Below the pieces are notes generated by a model that was not told the origin of the DNA, made no database searches, and saw nothing but the letters and a program-made list of their open reading frames with translations. Position numbers and translations under genes: made by a program. A stretch of 64,000 nt of DNA from Candidatus Heimdallarchaeota archaeon (GTDB taxonomy: Archaea; Asgardarchaeota; Heimdallarchaeia; Heimdallarchaeales; Heimdallarchaeaceae): positions 21,959 through 85,958 of the forward strand of contig JAEOTE010000007.1 in NCBI GenBank assembly GCA_016839945.1, in the 5' to 3' direction. The number at the start of each line of letters is the position of its first letter. Positions within the stretch are counted from its first letter, which is position 1. Positions 20,114 through 29,205 of the stretch are shown in pieces.

Positions 20114-21010
20114 ATGACAAAAATAGCACTAATTCTAACAGAAGATCGAGAAAAAGGAACAAAAGAAGTAGTAGAGCTATTAGGAATAAACCCAGTAAAT
20201 CTGAAAAATGTAATCTTGAAACCTAATTTTAATACAGCTGATACTCCTCCAGGATCTACTGCTATAGAAAACCTTCAAGGCTTAATTCCTACATTAAAAG
20301 ATATGGGGGCATTATCAATTACACTTGCTGAAAGGAGTGGTCCTGTTAATACTAGAGAATGTATGGAAGAAAAAGGAATTTTCAAATTAGCTGAAGAGCT
20401 AGATTTTTCCATTGTCAATCTTGCTGAGGTTCCAGTTGAAGAATATGTTCACCTTAAACCAAAAAATTCTCACTGGGAAAATGGTTTTCTATTTGCGAAA
20501 TTATATCACGAAGCTGAATGTATAGTAGAAACATGTTGCCTGAAAACACACAGATCAAAAGCTCATTTTACTCTCTCAATAAAGAATGCTGTAGGTATGG
20601 TACCAAGACGAGAATTAGACGGACATGGATATATGAGAGAAATGCACAACTCTCCCCATATTGCAAAGATGATTGCGGAAATCAATTCTGTTTTTAATCC
20701 TGATTTAATTGTTCTTGATGGAGTGACTGCGTTTGTAGATGGAGGTCCTGCTACAGGAACCAGAATTGAAGCTAACATAATTTTGGCAGGAACCGATAGA
20801 GTAGCTATTGACGCTGTAGGAATTGCAATTCTAAGGATTTTGGGGACAAACCCACATGTTTCAAAAGGATCAATTATTGAACTTGAGCAAATTGCAAGAG
20901 CTGTTGAATTAGGTATAGGTATTTCATCACTTAAAGAGATTGAAATACTAACTAAAACTGATGAAGCAGAAGAACTTGCAACAAAAATCATACTGGAACT
21001 AAATAAATGA
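20114..21010 (+). CDS. DUF362 domain protein
   Basis: The ~300-aa architecture has VILKPNFNTAD near the N-terminus and GVTAFVDGGP later, resembling the DUF362 family. The family assignment is from memory. Confidence 0.5.
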   Translation: MTKIALILTEDREKGTKEVVELLGINPVNLKNVILKPNFNTADTPPGSTAIENLQGLIPTLKDMGALSITLAERSGPVNTRECMEEKGIFKLAEELDFSIVNLAEVPVEEYVHLKPKNSHWENGFLFAKLYHEAECIVETCCLKTHRSKAHFTLSIKNAVGMVPRRELDGHGYMREMHNSPHIAKMIAEINSVFNPDLIVLDGVTAFVDGGPATGTRIEANIILAGTDRVAIDAVGIAILRILGTNPHVSKGSIIELEQIARAVELGIGISSLKEIEILTKTDEAEELATKIILELNK

Positions 21011-21086
21011 TAAGATAATTTAATTGGAATAGTATCAAGCAAGTTGTTAGATTCAATAATCTTTTTAACATAGGTGTAACTTTCAT

Positions 21087-22409
21087 GTGTCAATGTCAGA
21101 ACTGAATTTCTTACTTACTTTAAGGGCAAAAACAAGAGCTAGTTTCAAGGAAATTGTTGAAGCTCAAGAAACAAGAGAGCTTGTTGCATTCCTTACTTCG
21201 CAGTTCGTAGCATTTTTAGTTTTTATGTCATTAAGACAGATATTTCCTCTTTATTTACAAAAATCTACAGGATTATCTCAAGATGAAGTGTATATCAAAT
21301 GGGGAATCATTGTTGCAGCATATACATTCGGTGGTATAATAACTCGTATTCCTTCTGGTTACTTGATTGAGAAGTTTGGTAGACGAATATTAATTGTATT
21401 TTCATTCATTATTATGACTCTCGCTGTGGGAGGTTTAGCTTTCACAGAAAACACAATTCTGTTAGCGATTCTCTGGATTGTTTTACGTTCTTCAAATAAC
21501 ATCTTTGGTTTATCTAGTAGATCTTTGATTTCTGATTTAGAAACAAAGTATAAAGGATTTTACAATTCTATAATTTCAACATCTGGTAGGTTTGGAAGCC
21601 TTATAGGGACCATTAGTTTAGGAGTTCTACTTGATTTCTTTGACCCTATTGTTATGTTAATTGTTGTCTTTGTACTATCAATTATAGGAGGCATTCTCTT
21701 TTTTGTTATTTTCACAAAAGGGAAGGGAGAAGAAAAACATGAAGAAAGAAGAGAGGATCAAGAGAAAGGAGAAAAAGCTAAGCTTAGAGTCCATCATTTT
21801 ACTAATAAAACATTTATATTTTTCTTCATCGCTTTTGTGATTTTTGGACTCATGGAAGGATTCACAAATCCCCAATTTTCCTTGTATGGGTACAACATAA
21901 TCGGATTATCTGAAAGTCTTGTTGGAACTATCATTGGTCTTTCAAATATAGGTTTTATTGTAATAGGTCCAATAATTGGTTTAGCTATATCCTTCCGTAA
22001 ACAAATTATTGACATCATACTTTTAGTAGCTTGTGTATTAATCTCAGTGAATTTTCTGTTGATTTTCTTAATGCCTTTCAATCAAGCAATGTTCATAGTT
22101 TTTCTCTTTATTAGGAGCGTAGGGCATGCTTTGTTCTTTCCAATAGTAATGACGATTCTAACTTCAGAACTTGATAAGAAGCATTTTTCAATTTTATATT
22201 CAGTTATTACAACTGCTTTCTTTCTTGGAATATCTGGAACAAGTTATGCTTCTGGAGTTCTGCTAAATATAGATGTCACATACTTCTGGTTATCTTCATT
22301 TATAACCTCTGTTGTGTTGGTTTTTGTGATTTTAGCATACTTAGTTATTAACAAAAGAAGGGATAGAGACTTAAAAGAGCAATCAATAGATTTTGCGGGT
22401 CTTAAATAA
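21087..22409 (+). CDS. Major facilitator superfamily (MFS) transporter
   Basis: About 12 predicted TM helices lie in two halves separated by a charged central loop (KGKGEEKHEERREDQEKGEKAK). GRR-type loop motifs are present (EKFGRRILI). Confidence 0.7.
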   Translation: MSMSELNFLLTLRAKTRASFKEIVEAQETRELVAFLTSQFVAFLVFMSLRQIFPLYLQKSTGLSQDEVYIKWGIIVAAYTFGGIITRIPSGYLIEKFGRRILIVFSFIIMTLAVGGLAFTENTILLAILWIVLRSSNNIFGLSSRSLISDLETKYKGFYNSIISTSGRFGSLIGTISLGVLLDFFDPIVMLIVVFVLSIIGGILFFVIFTKGKGEEKHEERREDQEKGEKAKLRVHHFTNKTFIFFFIAFVIFGLMEGFTNPQFSLYGYNIIGLSESLVGTIIGLSNIGFIVIGPIIGLAISFRKQIIDIILLVACVLISVNFLLIFLMPFNQAMFIVFLFIRSVGHALFFPIVMTILTSELDKKHFSILYSVITTAFFLGISGTSYASGVLLNIDVTYFWLSSFITSVVLVFVILAYLVINKRRDRDLKEQSIDFAGLK

Positions 22410-22429
22410 TACTTTTCAGTTATATTAAT

Positions 22430-23476
22430 GTGTCAATAGAAATCAGAAATTTATCTAAAACATTCCAAAAGAAAGGTAAAGAAACACTCGCTTTAGATAA
22501 TATAAATGTTCAAATCAAAGAAGGAGAATTTGTAGCTTTGCTAGGTCCTAACGGAGCTGGAAAAACTACTTTAACTAAAATCCTCAATACACTTATTCTT
22601 CCATCATTAGGAGAAGCATTCATTGATGGTATAAGTATAAGAGAAGACAAGAAAATACGTCAAATGGTTGGTTCTGTTTTTGGGGAAACAGGAGGAAGAA
22701 GTTTGTACTATAGATTATCAGTTTTTGATAACCTCCTGTTCTATAGCACTCTAAGTGGTATCAAAAAAGCTGAAGCAAAAAAAAGAATAAACTCATTATT
22801 ACAATATTTTGATCTAGAAGACAAGAAAAATACTCTTGTCATGAAACTTTCGACAGGTATGAAAGCTAAAGCCTTACTTATTCGAGCATTAGTACCATTT
22901 CCCAAAGTTTTACTGCTCGATGAACCCACTTTAGGTTTTGATGCAGAAAGCTCTGAAAAAGCAAAAGAGCTTCTTCTTGAATTTAACAGAGAAATAGGTA
23001 CAACAATCTTACTTACAAGTCATAATTTTACTGACATTGATGATTTAACACAACGGTTGATATTAATAGATAGAGGTCAAATAATTCAAGACTGCTCTCC
23101 TTCAGACTTTAAAAGTGCAGCTGCTCAGGAATATGTAAAATTAGTATTTTGTCTCCCATCTTTTCATTACAAGAGTTTTGAAACTTTGATGAAACATTCA
23201 GCTGGAGCTGAAATCTTGTTTTTTAGAGATAAGGATATAGATAATTTTATCTTTGAAGCTAAAATACGACCAACAAAGTATACACTGAATGAGACTATTT
23301 CTCGAATAACTGTCTTAATTCTAAGAGCAGGAGGAGAAATCTATCAAATTGCTCCACATATGCCATCTCTAAAAGAATCTTTCCTAGCTTTCCTTGCTCT
23401 TAGTAAACAGAAAAGCGTTGAACATCCTAAATCTGTAGAAGAAATGTTTTCTATACCTTTTCAGGAGGAGGAATAG
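22430..23476 (+). CDS. ABC transporter ATP-binding protein (ABC-2 exporter type) with C-terminal accessory domain; GTG start
   Basis: Walker A GPNGAGKTTL, Q-loop, signature LSTGMKAK, Walker B LLLDEPTLGFD and H-loop TSHN, plus ~110 extra C-terminal residues. Two ABC-2 permease genes follow. Confidence 0.85.
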   Translation: MSIEIRNLSKTFQKKGKETLALDNINVQIKEGEFVALLGPNGAGKTTLTKILNTLILPSLGEAFIDGISIREDKKIRQMVGSVFGETGGRSLYYRLSVFDNLLFYSTLSGIKKAEAKKRINSLLQYFDLEDKKNTLVMKLSTGMKAKALLIRALVPFPKVLLLDEPTLGFDAESSEKAKELLLEFNREIGTTILLTSHNFTDIDDLTQRLILIDRGQIIQDCSPSDFKSAAAQEYVKLVFCLPSFHYKSFETLMKHSAGAEILFFRDKDIDNFIFEAKIRPTKYTLNETISRITVLILRAGGEIYQIAPHMPSLKESFLAFLALSKQKSVEHPKSVEEMFSIPFQEEE

Positions 23477-23579
23477 AATTTATCAACAAGCTGAGGAGGT
23501 AATATCCTCCTTTAAGCCATCAACTAAGAGAAGTACTTTCATCTCAAGAATCTATAGTATATTTATTTCAAGAATAAAA

Positions 23580-24341
23580 ATGGCATTAAACTACAAAAGT
23601 AGTTTTCTCATGATAATTGCACTGAATCTGATAATGATTGTTATGTATTTTTTCTTCAGTCGTTTGAATCCAGATATAACAATTTTTGGGATTGATGCAT
23701 CTTATTTTGAATTCTGCATAATTGGTCTCTGTCTTCAGATGGTAGTTGGAACAAGTTTAGGAACGGTATGTGCTAATATTTTCAATGAAATTTCTGCAGG
23801 AACATGGTCTTCTATTTTACCGTTTTTCAATTTTTTAGAATACTCAATTGGAACCACTCTTGCAGGTGCATTCATATCGTCTTTTTCAATATTTATTGCA
23901 CTAGGATTCACATATCTTATTGCAGGATTTTTTTTTGTTATTACGTTTCAAGAAATTATGCTGATTTTTTTCCTTTTTATTTTGATTTTAATTTCTCATA
24001 TGGCTATATCCATGCTTTTCGCTGCCTTTACTATTTACTATCAAAAAAATAGTAGTCTAGTTTCAACTTTATATCATCTAACAAAGACATTCACTGGAAT
24101 TGTTTTTCCAGTTTCTTTGTTATCAGGTTTTCCTTTAGTGTTATCAAAAAGCCTTCCTCTAACATACGGATTATCAACCCTACAGTCAATCCTGTTTTCT
24201 TCTTCTGTAGATTTTAGAGGGTATTTATTTAATTGTTTAATACTTGTATCTCTTTCTATAATAATTGGTTTAATAGCCTGGTTTCTTTTTTCTTATAGCT
24301 TAAAAAACGCAAAAAAACATGGTAAGTGTGATTGGTATTGA
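23580..24341 (+). CDS. ABC-2 family transporter permease (6 TM)
   Basis: A polytopic membrane protein immediately downstream of the ABC ATPase. Confidence 0.6.
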   Translation: MALNYKSSFLMIIALNLIMIVMYFFFSRLNPDITIFGIDASYFEFCIIGLCLQMVVGTSLGTVCANIFNEISAGTWSSILPFFNFLEYSIGTTLAGAFISSFSIFIALGFTYLIAGFFFVITFQEIMLIFFLFILILISHMAISMLFAAFTIYYQKNSSLVSTLYHLTKTFTGIVFPVSLLSGFPLVLSKSLPLTYGLSTLQSILFSSSVDFRGYLFNCLILVSLSIIIGLIAWFLFSYSLKNAKKHGKCDWY

Positions 24342-25225
24342 CATTTTACAAAATATATGATGAAATAACAAAAAGATTCTCTGTTATAGATCGAACTCCA
24401 TCATTCTTTCAAGGATTAAAAGCTATTTTCATTAGAAATTTCAAAATTATTTGGCAGTATAAATTTTCAACAGTTTTAAATTTTGTAAATACACTCATTG
24501 TATCTTCTCTATTCTATTATATTGCACTGTTAATTCCAGACATGCAAATTGAGCAAGACCTATACATTGTAGATAGTGTCTCTTTTATCTTTGCTGGGTT
24601 TGTTTTAGTTAATATAGCGACAAAGATTCTAAACAAATCTCTTAACAGTATTAGCAGTGAGATGAAGCAAGGAACATTTGAAACTCTCTCTACACTCCCT
24701 TTTGGACTAAGAAAATATTTCATTTCGGAGGTAGCTTTCGAGATGATATACGGTTTTATAACTTCAATAATATTCTTTATTCCAATATTCTTGATATTTC
24801 CTATTTTTAGAAATGTATCTATTTCTTCTGCATCCTTTTTTTCACTTTTACTAGTTCTTCTTAGTATATGCTTATTCTTCTTTTCATTATCGCTTTTAGC
24901 AGCAAACTTCACAATATTAATTAAAAGAGGAAAGGAAATTTCTTTAGTTATATTAAGCATTTTGCACTTACTCAGTGGAAGTATGTTCCCACTTTCTGTT
25001 TTTCCAGGATGGTTAAAGATTATTGCCTATTTCTCACCGTTTACGTTAGGAGTTCAAGCTTTTAGATTATGCCTTTTTGGAAATGGTATTTTAACAGATA
25101 GCATAGTATGGAGTGCGGTCTTATTCTTAATTCTATCATCTATTGTTATTATTGTAGCTTTTCTCTTTACTTACAAAAGAATCTACAAAAGGATAAGAGA
25201 AACTGGTTCAATTCATGAATATTAA
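24332..25225 (+). CDS. ABC-2 family transporter permease, second subunit
   Basis: A polytopic membrane protein that overlaps the upstream permease by 10 nt. Confidence 0.6.
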   Translation: MVLTFYKIYDEITKRFSVIDRTPSFFQGLKAIFIRNFKIIWQYKFSTVLNFVNTLIVSSLFYYIALLIPDMQIEQDLYIVDSVSFIFAGFVLVNIATKILNKSLNSISSEMKQGTFETLSTLPFGLRKYFISEVAFEMIYGFITSIIFFIPIFLIFPIFRNVSISSASFFSLLLVLLSICLFFFSLSLLAANFTILIKRGKEISLVILSILHLLSGSMFPLSVFPGWLKIIAYFSPFTLGVQAFRLCLFGNGILTDSIVWSAVLFLILSSIVIIVAFLFTYKRIYKRIRETGSIHEY

Positions 25226-25890
25226 GTGTTAGTGTCTTTTCTAAGAATTCGTAGAAAGTCATTAATTGTAGCGCTTACATCATTTGATTGTGTTATTGCT
25301 CTACCTATTACAAGAATATCTACTCCTCTGTCTAGAGCTATTTCACTTGTTAGCAAATTCAAACCTCCAGCTGCAGCTACAAGAACATTAGGAAAAGAGG
25401 ATTTTGTTTTCTTGATTAACTCCCATGGATGTTCTTGTTTACCTTCTTGATCTATTCCTCTATGAAAAAGAACTATTGAAGGTTTTTTAGTGAGTTGGTT
25501 AATTAATACTTCAGGATTCTTTACATTCATCAAATCCAGAATAATATCTATGTCTCTCTTTGTTCCTTCTTCAATAGAACTTTCTATTGTTTCAATTGAA
25601 GCTAATCCACTAATTGCTACTGCGCATGCTTTTTCTTCAACAGCTATCTGCACTTCCAGTCTACCAACATCTAAAGTTTTCATATCTGCAACTACGTAAG
25701 TATCTTCTGCGTGTGATAGTAATTCCTTGAGAATGTTTATTCCGAATTTCTTTATTAGTGGTGTCCCCGCTTCTAAAAGTATTTTATCAGATTTGGGTAT
25801 TCCATTTAGTATTCGAACTAATTCATCTTTGCTAACTAAATCAAGAGCAATTTGCAAATATGGAGGATTAGCAAGTCGCATTTTATACAC
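25222..25890 (-). CDS. hxlA: 3-hexulose-6-phosphate synthase (HPS; OMP-decarboxylase/KGPDC superfamily)
   Basis: The motifs LQIALDL, EAGTPLIK, VVADMKTLD, AAAGGL and DILVIGRAITQSND align closely with bacterial and archaeal HPS (LQLALDL...EIGTPVIK...VLADMKTMD...DLVIVGGGI). Length is ~220 aa. Confidence 0.75.
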   Translation of the reverse strand: MYKMRLANPPYLQIALDLVSKDELVRILNGIPKSDKILLEAGTPLIKKFGINILKELLSHAEDTYVVADMKTLDVGRLEVQIAVEEKACAVAISGLASIETIESSIEEGTKRDIDIILDLMNVKNPEVLINQLTKKPSIVLFHRGIDQEGKQEHPWELIKKTKSSFPNVLVAAAGGLNLLTSEIALDRGVDILVIGRAITQSNDVSATINDFLRILRKDTNT

Positions 25891-27241
25891 TCATTAAACT
25901 TGTTGGAACTTCCTCTTTTAATATCCTTGGTTGAGCTATATCTTTAACATAATCTAAAATATATTCTTGATTTCGCTGATCTCCATGTATAAGGATTATA
26001 TCTTTAGCACCTGTTTCTTTCATAATTCTCTTTAATCCATCTACTGAGCTATGACCAGAATAAGGGAATTTCATTATTTGATTCTTGAGATTGATTTTCC
26101 TCTTCTTACCAGTTTCGGTTTTAACAGTAAGTTCCTTTTTACCATCATATATTTCTCTACCAGTTGTCCCAAATACTTGATATCCTGAAAAACCTAATAC
26201 ATCATCTTCATTAGATCCACATAGTTCAAGATATGTGTGAATTGGACCACCTTCAAGCATACCAGAAGTTGTAACAATAATAGAACCTTTATCACTTGAA
26301 GATATCAGCTTTCTTGCATATTGTGTCCTTTCCGAAACTTCGTAAATAGGAATGAAATTACTTTTTTCAAATGGTGAATGCAATTTTGCTTCCTTTAGTT
26401 GATCTAAAAACCTTTTTGAAACCCATTTTTCGCTCAAGTAATGTTCAGTTATCATATTCATTTTATTAATCATACCATCCATATAAATTGGAATTTCATC
26501 TAAATCATTATCTAATGCTAATGTAATCAAAATTTCTTGTGATCTACCAACAGCAAAAGATGGTAGTATCATTTTGTTTCCTGTTTCAGCTGTTTGTTTA
26601 GCTAATAGTCTTAAACCTACATCAATCTTTTCTCTTTCTGGAACATACCTGTCTCCATTAGTAGATTCTGTGATTAAAACATCAATTTTTTCGTCTGGAA
26701 CTTCGTAACCATCAAACATTGGAGTTATTCTATCATTAATATCTCCTGTATATAGTATCAGTGTCCCTTCCCAATCAATCAAGATTTGAGCAGCTCCTAA
26801 AACATGACCTGCATTAAGAAATTCCGCAGTAATCCCATCAGCAATTTTTATTTTCTGATGATAATGGGTTGTTTTTATTTTATTGTAAACAACATCTAAA
26901 TCCCTTTCTGACCAATGTCTTCTTCCTTCGATTTTTAAGTGATCTCTCCATAAAGTATAAGCTATGTCTTTTGTTGGATGAGTCATATAATAAAATCCTT
27001 TGTATCCTTCTTTTGCTAACCGGGGTACATACCCAGAATGGTCAATATGTGCATGACTCAGGAAGAAAGCGTTCAGTGATTTAGCTATTTCATCAACACC
27101 TTTTGGTGCTTTTGATAATCCTTTAGGAACAAGCTCTATACCACAGTCTAGTAAAATAGAGTGATCTTTATCACTTAGAAGAAAGCTGCTCTTTCCTACA
27201 TAATCAGTTGCCCCGAATGCTGTAATTTGTATATCATTCAT
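25883..27241 (-). CDS. Beta-CASP family metallo-beta-lactamase-fold ribonuclease (aCPSF2-like, no KH domains)
   Basis: MBL motif 2 is FLSHAHIDHSG, with later Asp/His motifs (YTGDIN; HGD near the C-terminus). The ~450-aa length is that of a beta-CASP nuclease. Confidence 0.7.
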   Translation of the reverse strand: MNDIQITAFGATDYVGKSSFLLSDKDHSILLDCGIELVPKGLSKAPKGVDEIAKSLNAFFLSHAHIDHSGYVPRLAKEGYKGFYYMTHPTKDIAYTLWRDHLKIEGRRHWSERDLDVVYNKIKTTHYHQKIKIADGITAEFLNAGHVLGAAQILIDWEGTLILYTGDINDRITPMFDGYEVPDEKIDVLITESTNGDRYVPEREKIDVGLRLLAKQTAETGNKMILPSFAVGRSQEILITLALDNDLDEIPIYMDGMINKMNMITEHYLSEKWVSKRFLDQLKEAKLHSPFEKSNFIPIYEVSERTQYARKLISSSDKGSIIVTTSGMLEGGPIHTYLELCGSNEDDVLGFSGYQVFGTTGREIYDGKKELTVKTETGKKRKINLKNQIMKFPYSGHSSVDGLKRIMKETGAKDIILIHGDQRNQEYILDYVKDIAQPRILKEEVPTSLMSV

Positions 27242-27381
27242 TGTATTATCTCCTTAGATTTTCAAAGTATCGTCTTTTATTTAGAGCATTATAACTTTGT
27301 TTTTATATTTTTTTCAATATTAGTTACTCTTAAAGTTTATTTTATGCAAGATATTTTAGAATCATTCTTGATTTGAATAAT

Positions 27382-27390
27382 CTTTTATAT
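27382..27390 (+). promoter_or_regulatory. TATA-box-like element upstream of the Vps22-like gene (likely ATG at 27419)
   Basis: ttttatatt is centred ~30 nt upstream of ATG 27419. The longer ORF-track start (27392, MLCCFYLRT) lies inside or next to this element and is probably not used. Confidence 0.35.
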
Positions 27391-27418
27391 TATGTTATGT
27401 TGTTTTTATTTGAGAACT

Positions 27419-28147
27419 ATGGATAATGAAAAGGAAAAGAAGAAACAAGAGAAAGAAAAAACAGACTTTCGAAGTTCCTTATCAGATGCATATAAATCAT
27501 TAGACCAAGAGTTGGTTAAAGAGCAAGAACTAGATAAACAGAAGAAGCAAGAGATTATAGAAGAGGGAATAGAAAAGGTTGAAAAAGAATCTGGAAAAGA
27601 TTTAATCTCTTCAAAGCTGCTAACAGGTAAAATCTTGGAGTTGAGACAAAAAGCCGGTATGTCTCAAGCTATTGGGACTGCAGGTAAAGTAAAAACTCCA
27701 ATTCTATTTAAGAAAGATGAGTTTAAACAAAAATTGACAAGAGAATTACTAATTATTGGAATAGAGGAATTAGCAGACATTGGGGGGGCAATTACAATAC
27801 CTAACTTAGTAAATTATTTTAGAGAAACAAGACCTAACTGGAAAGTTAGAACAGGTGAGATTCTAGAAGTTCTGAAAGTTATGGAAAAGAAAGAGGTAAT
27901 TCCCAAAAGAATAGATATTGGTGAAGATGATGTTTTGATTAGATTCAAACCTATTGAGATGTCAGGAGATATACAAGACATTCTAAGATTAGCAACAGGA
28001 TTACCCTATCTCACTGTAGACAAAGTTACTTCTCATCTAGGATGGCCAATAGAAAGAGCCCAAAGTACTTTAACCGTAATGATGAAAATGGATTTAACAA
28101 TACTAGAAGAATCTACAGGAAATTATTATTTCCCAGGTATTGATTAA
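27419..28147 (+). CDS. ESCRT-II subunit Vps22/EAP30 (SNF8)-like protein: charged helical N-terminus plus tandem winged-helix domains
   Basis: Several segments parallel human SNF8/EAP30 as I recall it. ELLIIGIEELADIGGAITIPNLVNYF resembles ELGVQIIEVCLALKHRNGGLITLEEL. ILEVLKVMEKKEVIPKRIDIGEDDVLIRFKPIEMSGD resembles LIRAIKKLKALGTGFGIIPVGGTYLIQSVPAELNMD. ILRLATGLPYLTVDKVTSHLGWPIERAQSTL...GNYYFPG resembles VLQLAEKNGYVTVSEIKASLKWETERARQVL...EAHYWLP. Length is ~242 aa versus ~258 for SNF8. Confidence 0.65.
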   Translation: MDNEKEKKKQEKEKTDFRSSLSDAYKSLDQELVKEQELDKQKKQEIIEEGIEKVEKESGKDLISSKLLTGKILELRQKAGMSQAIGTAGKVKTPILFKKDEFKQKLTRELLIIGIEELADIGGAITIPNLVNYFRETRPNWKVRTGEILEVLKVMEKKEVIPKRIDIGEDDVLIRFKPIEMSGDIQDILRLATGLPYLTVDKVTSHLGWPIERAQSTLTVMMKMDLTILEESTGNYYFPGID

Positions 28148-28214
28148 GATATGTAAAACTGACAAAACTTGCATTTTACGAAGAGTTTATAAACTTACAG
28201 AAGAAAATTAATAT

Positions 28215-28250
28215 GGAAAAATCTCACACTATATTTTGCGAGATTTTTCC
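28215..28250. terminator. Perfect 11-bp-stem hairpin (ggaaaaatctc / gagatttttcc, 14-nt loop) followed by C/T-rich tract, between convergent genes; candidate bidirectional terminator or small structured RNA
   Basis: Read directly: 28215-28225 is the reverse complement of 28240-28250. It lies between the stop of the Vps22-like gene (28147) and the stop of the minus-strand phosphorylase gene (28317). Confidence 0.3.
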
Positions 28251-28316
28251 CTCCCTCCCTCATTTATTTTATTTTCAAAAAAGAAGATAAAATTATGATC
28301 CTTATTTTTGGTTTTA

Positions 28317-29150
28317 CTAAATGTTTCTGTACCAGTTTTTCTTGTTCTTTTCACGTTTATCTTTATCAATTTCTGATAGAACCTTAACAGCATAATTAGC
28401 TGCTTGGATTGCTTCTCTTTCTCCTTTCACACCAAATTCATTAGTGACTCGGTTTGCATAAACAGCACATATAGCACCAGCTCTTCCTTTGAATATACTA
28501 GCTAATGTGAATATATGGGAAGCTTCCATCTCAAAATTCAAAACACCCATTTTTTGCATATCTGGAACTATCAATTCTGTTTTACTTATTTTGTAATTTC
28601 TATACCCAGGTCTTCCTTGCCCTAAATAGAAACTGGAAGAAGAAGCAGCTATCCCAATATGATAACGAAATCCAAGACTTTCGCAAGCTTCAATTAATGC
28701 TAGTACAACTTCATAGTTTGCTAAAGCGGGGTAACTTTCAGGAACATAATATTTACTTGAACCTTCCATTTTAACGGCTCCAGTATTTATAATTAAATCC
28801 CCAAGTTCTATTCCTGGTTGAATAACTCCTGTTGATCCAACTCGAATAAAGGTATCACAACCAATATTCATCAATTCAGTTAGAGCAATTTCGCAAGCAG
28901 GTGTTCCTATTCCTGTTGATGTAACACTGATGGGAACATCATGAACTTTTCCTGTATATGAGTAATACTGACGATGCCCTGCAACATCATGAAAATCATC
29001 CCATGTTTCAGCTATTCTTTTTGCTCTTTCTGGGTCACCAGGTAATAACACAGGACCTGATAGATCACCTGGTTTGCATTCTATATGATATTGTTTTCCT
29101 TCTTCAAAAACAGGTTTGTCTGCTAATGGTTTTTTATCTTCATTTCCCAT
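28317..29150 (-). CDS. Nucleoside phosphorylase, PNP/UDP family 1 (purine nucleoside / uridine phosphorylase type)
   Basis: The phosphate-site motif GDPERAKRIAE matches DeoD/Udp GDP.RA..IA. The SxGxG-type motifs SVTSTGIGTP and GSTGV and the residue-set EMEASHIF are present. Length is ~275 aa. Confidence 0.75.
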   Translation of the reverse strand: MGNEDKKPLADKPVFEEGKQYHIECKPGDLSGPVLLPGDPERAKRIAETWDDFHDVAGHRQYYSYTGKVHDVPISVTSTGIGTPACEIALTELMNIGCDTFIRVGSTGVIQPGIELGDLIINTGAVKMEGSSKYYVPESYPALANYEVVLALIEACESLGFRYHIGIAASSSSFYLGQGRPGYRNYKISKTELIVPDMQKMGVLNFEMEASHIFTLASIFKGRAGAICAVYANRVTNEFGVKGEREAIQAANYAVKVLSEIDKDKREKNKKNWYRNI

Positions 29151-29205
29151 AATAATATAATTAAATCATGAGTAATAAAAACATTTCACACAGAAGAGGA
29201 TCTTA

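Noticed and set aside
20563-21093. 176-aa ORF antisense to the DUF362 gene
   Set aside because: It fully overlaps a sense gene with a recognisable domain. Its Ser/Ile-rich composition is an antisense artefact.
23477-23579. Short hairpin aggagg-taatat-cctcct after the ABC ATPase stop
   Set aside because: A 6-bp stem is weak, and its aggagg arm could equally be a Shine-Dalgarno-like element for the downstream permease. It is not distinctive enough to call.
23804-24052. 82-aa ORF in an alternative frame inside the ABC-2 permease
   Set aside because: It overlaps the permease on the same strand in another frame. The Cys/Phe/Tyr-rich composition is an artefact of the T-rich membrane-protein codons.
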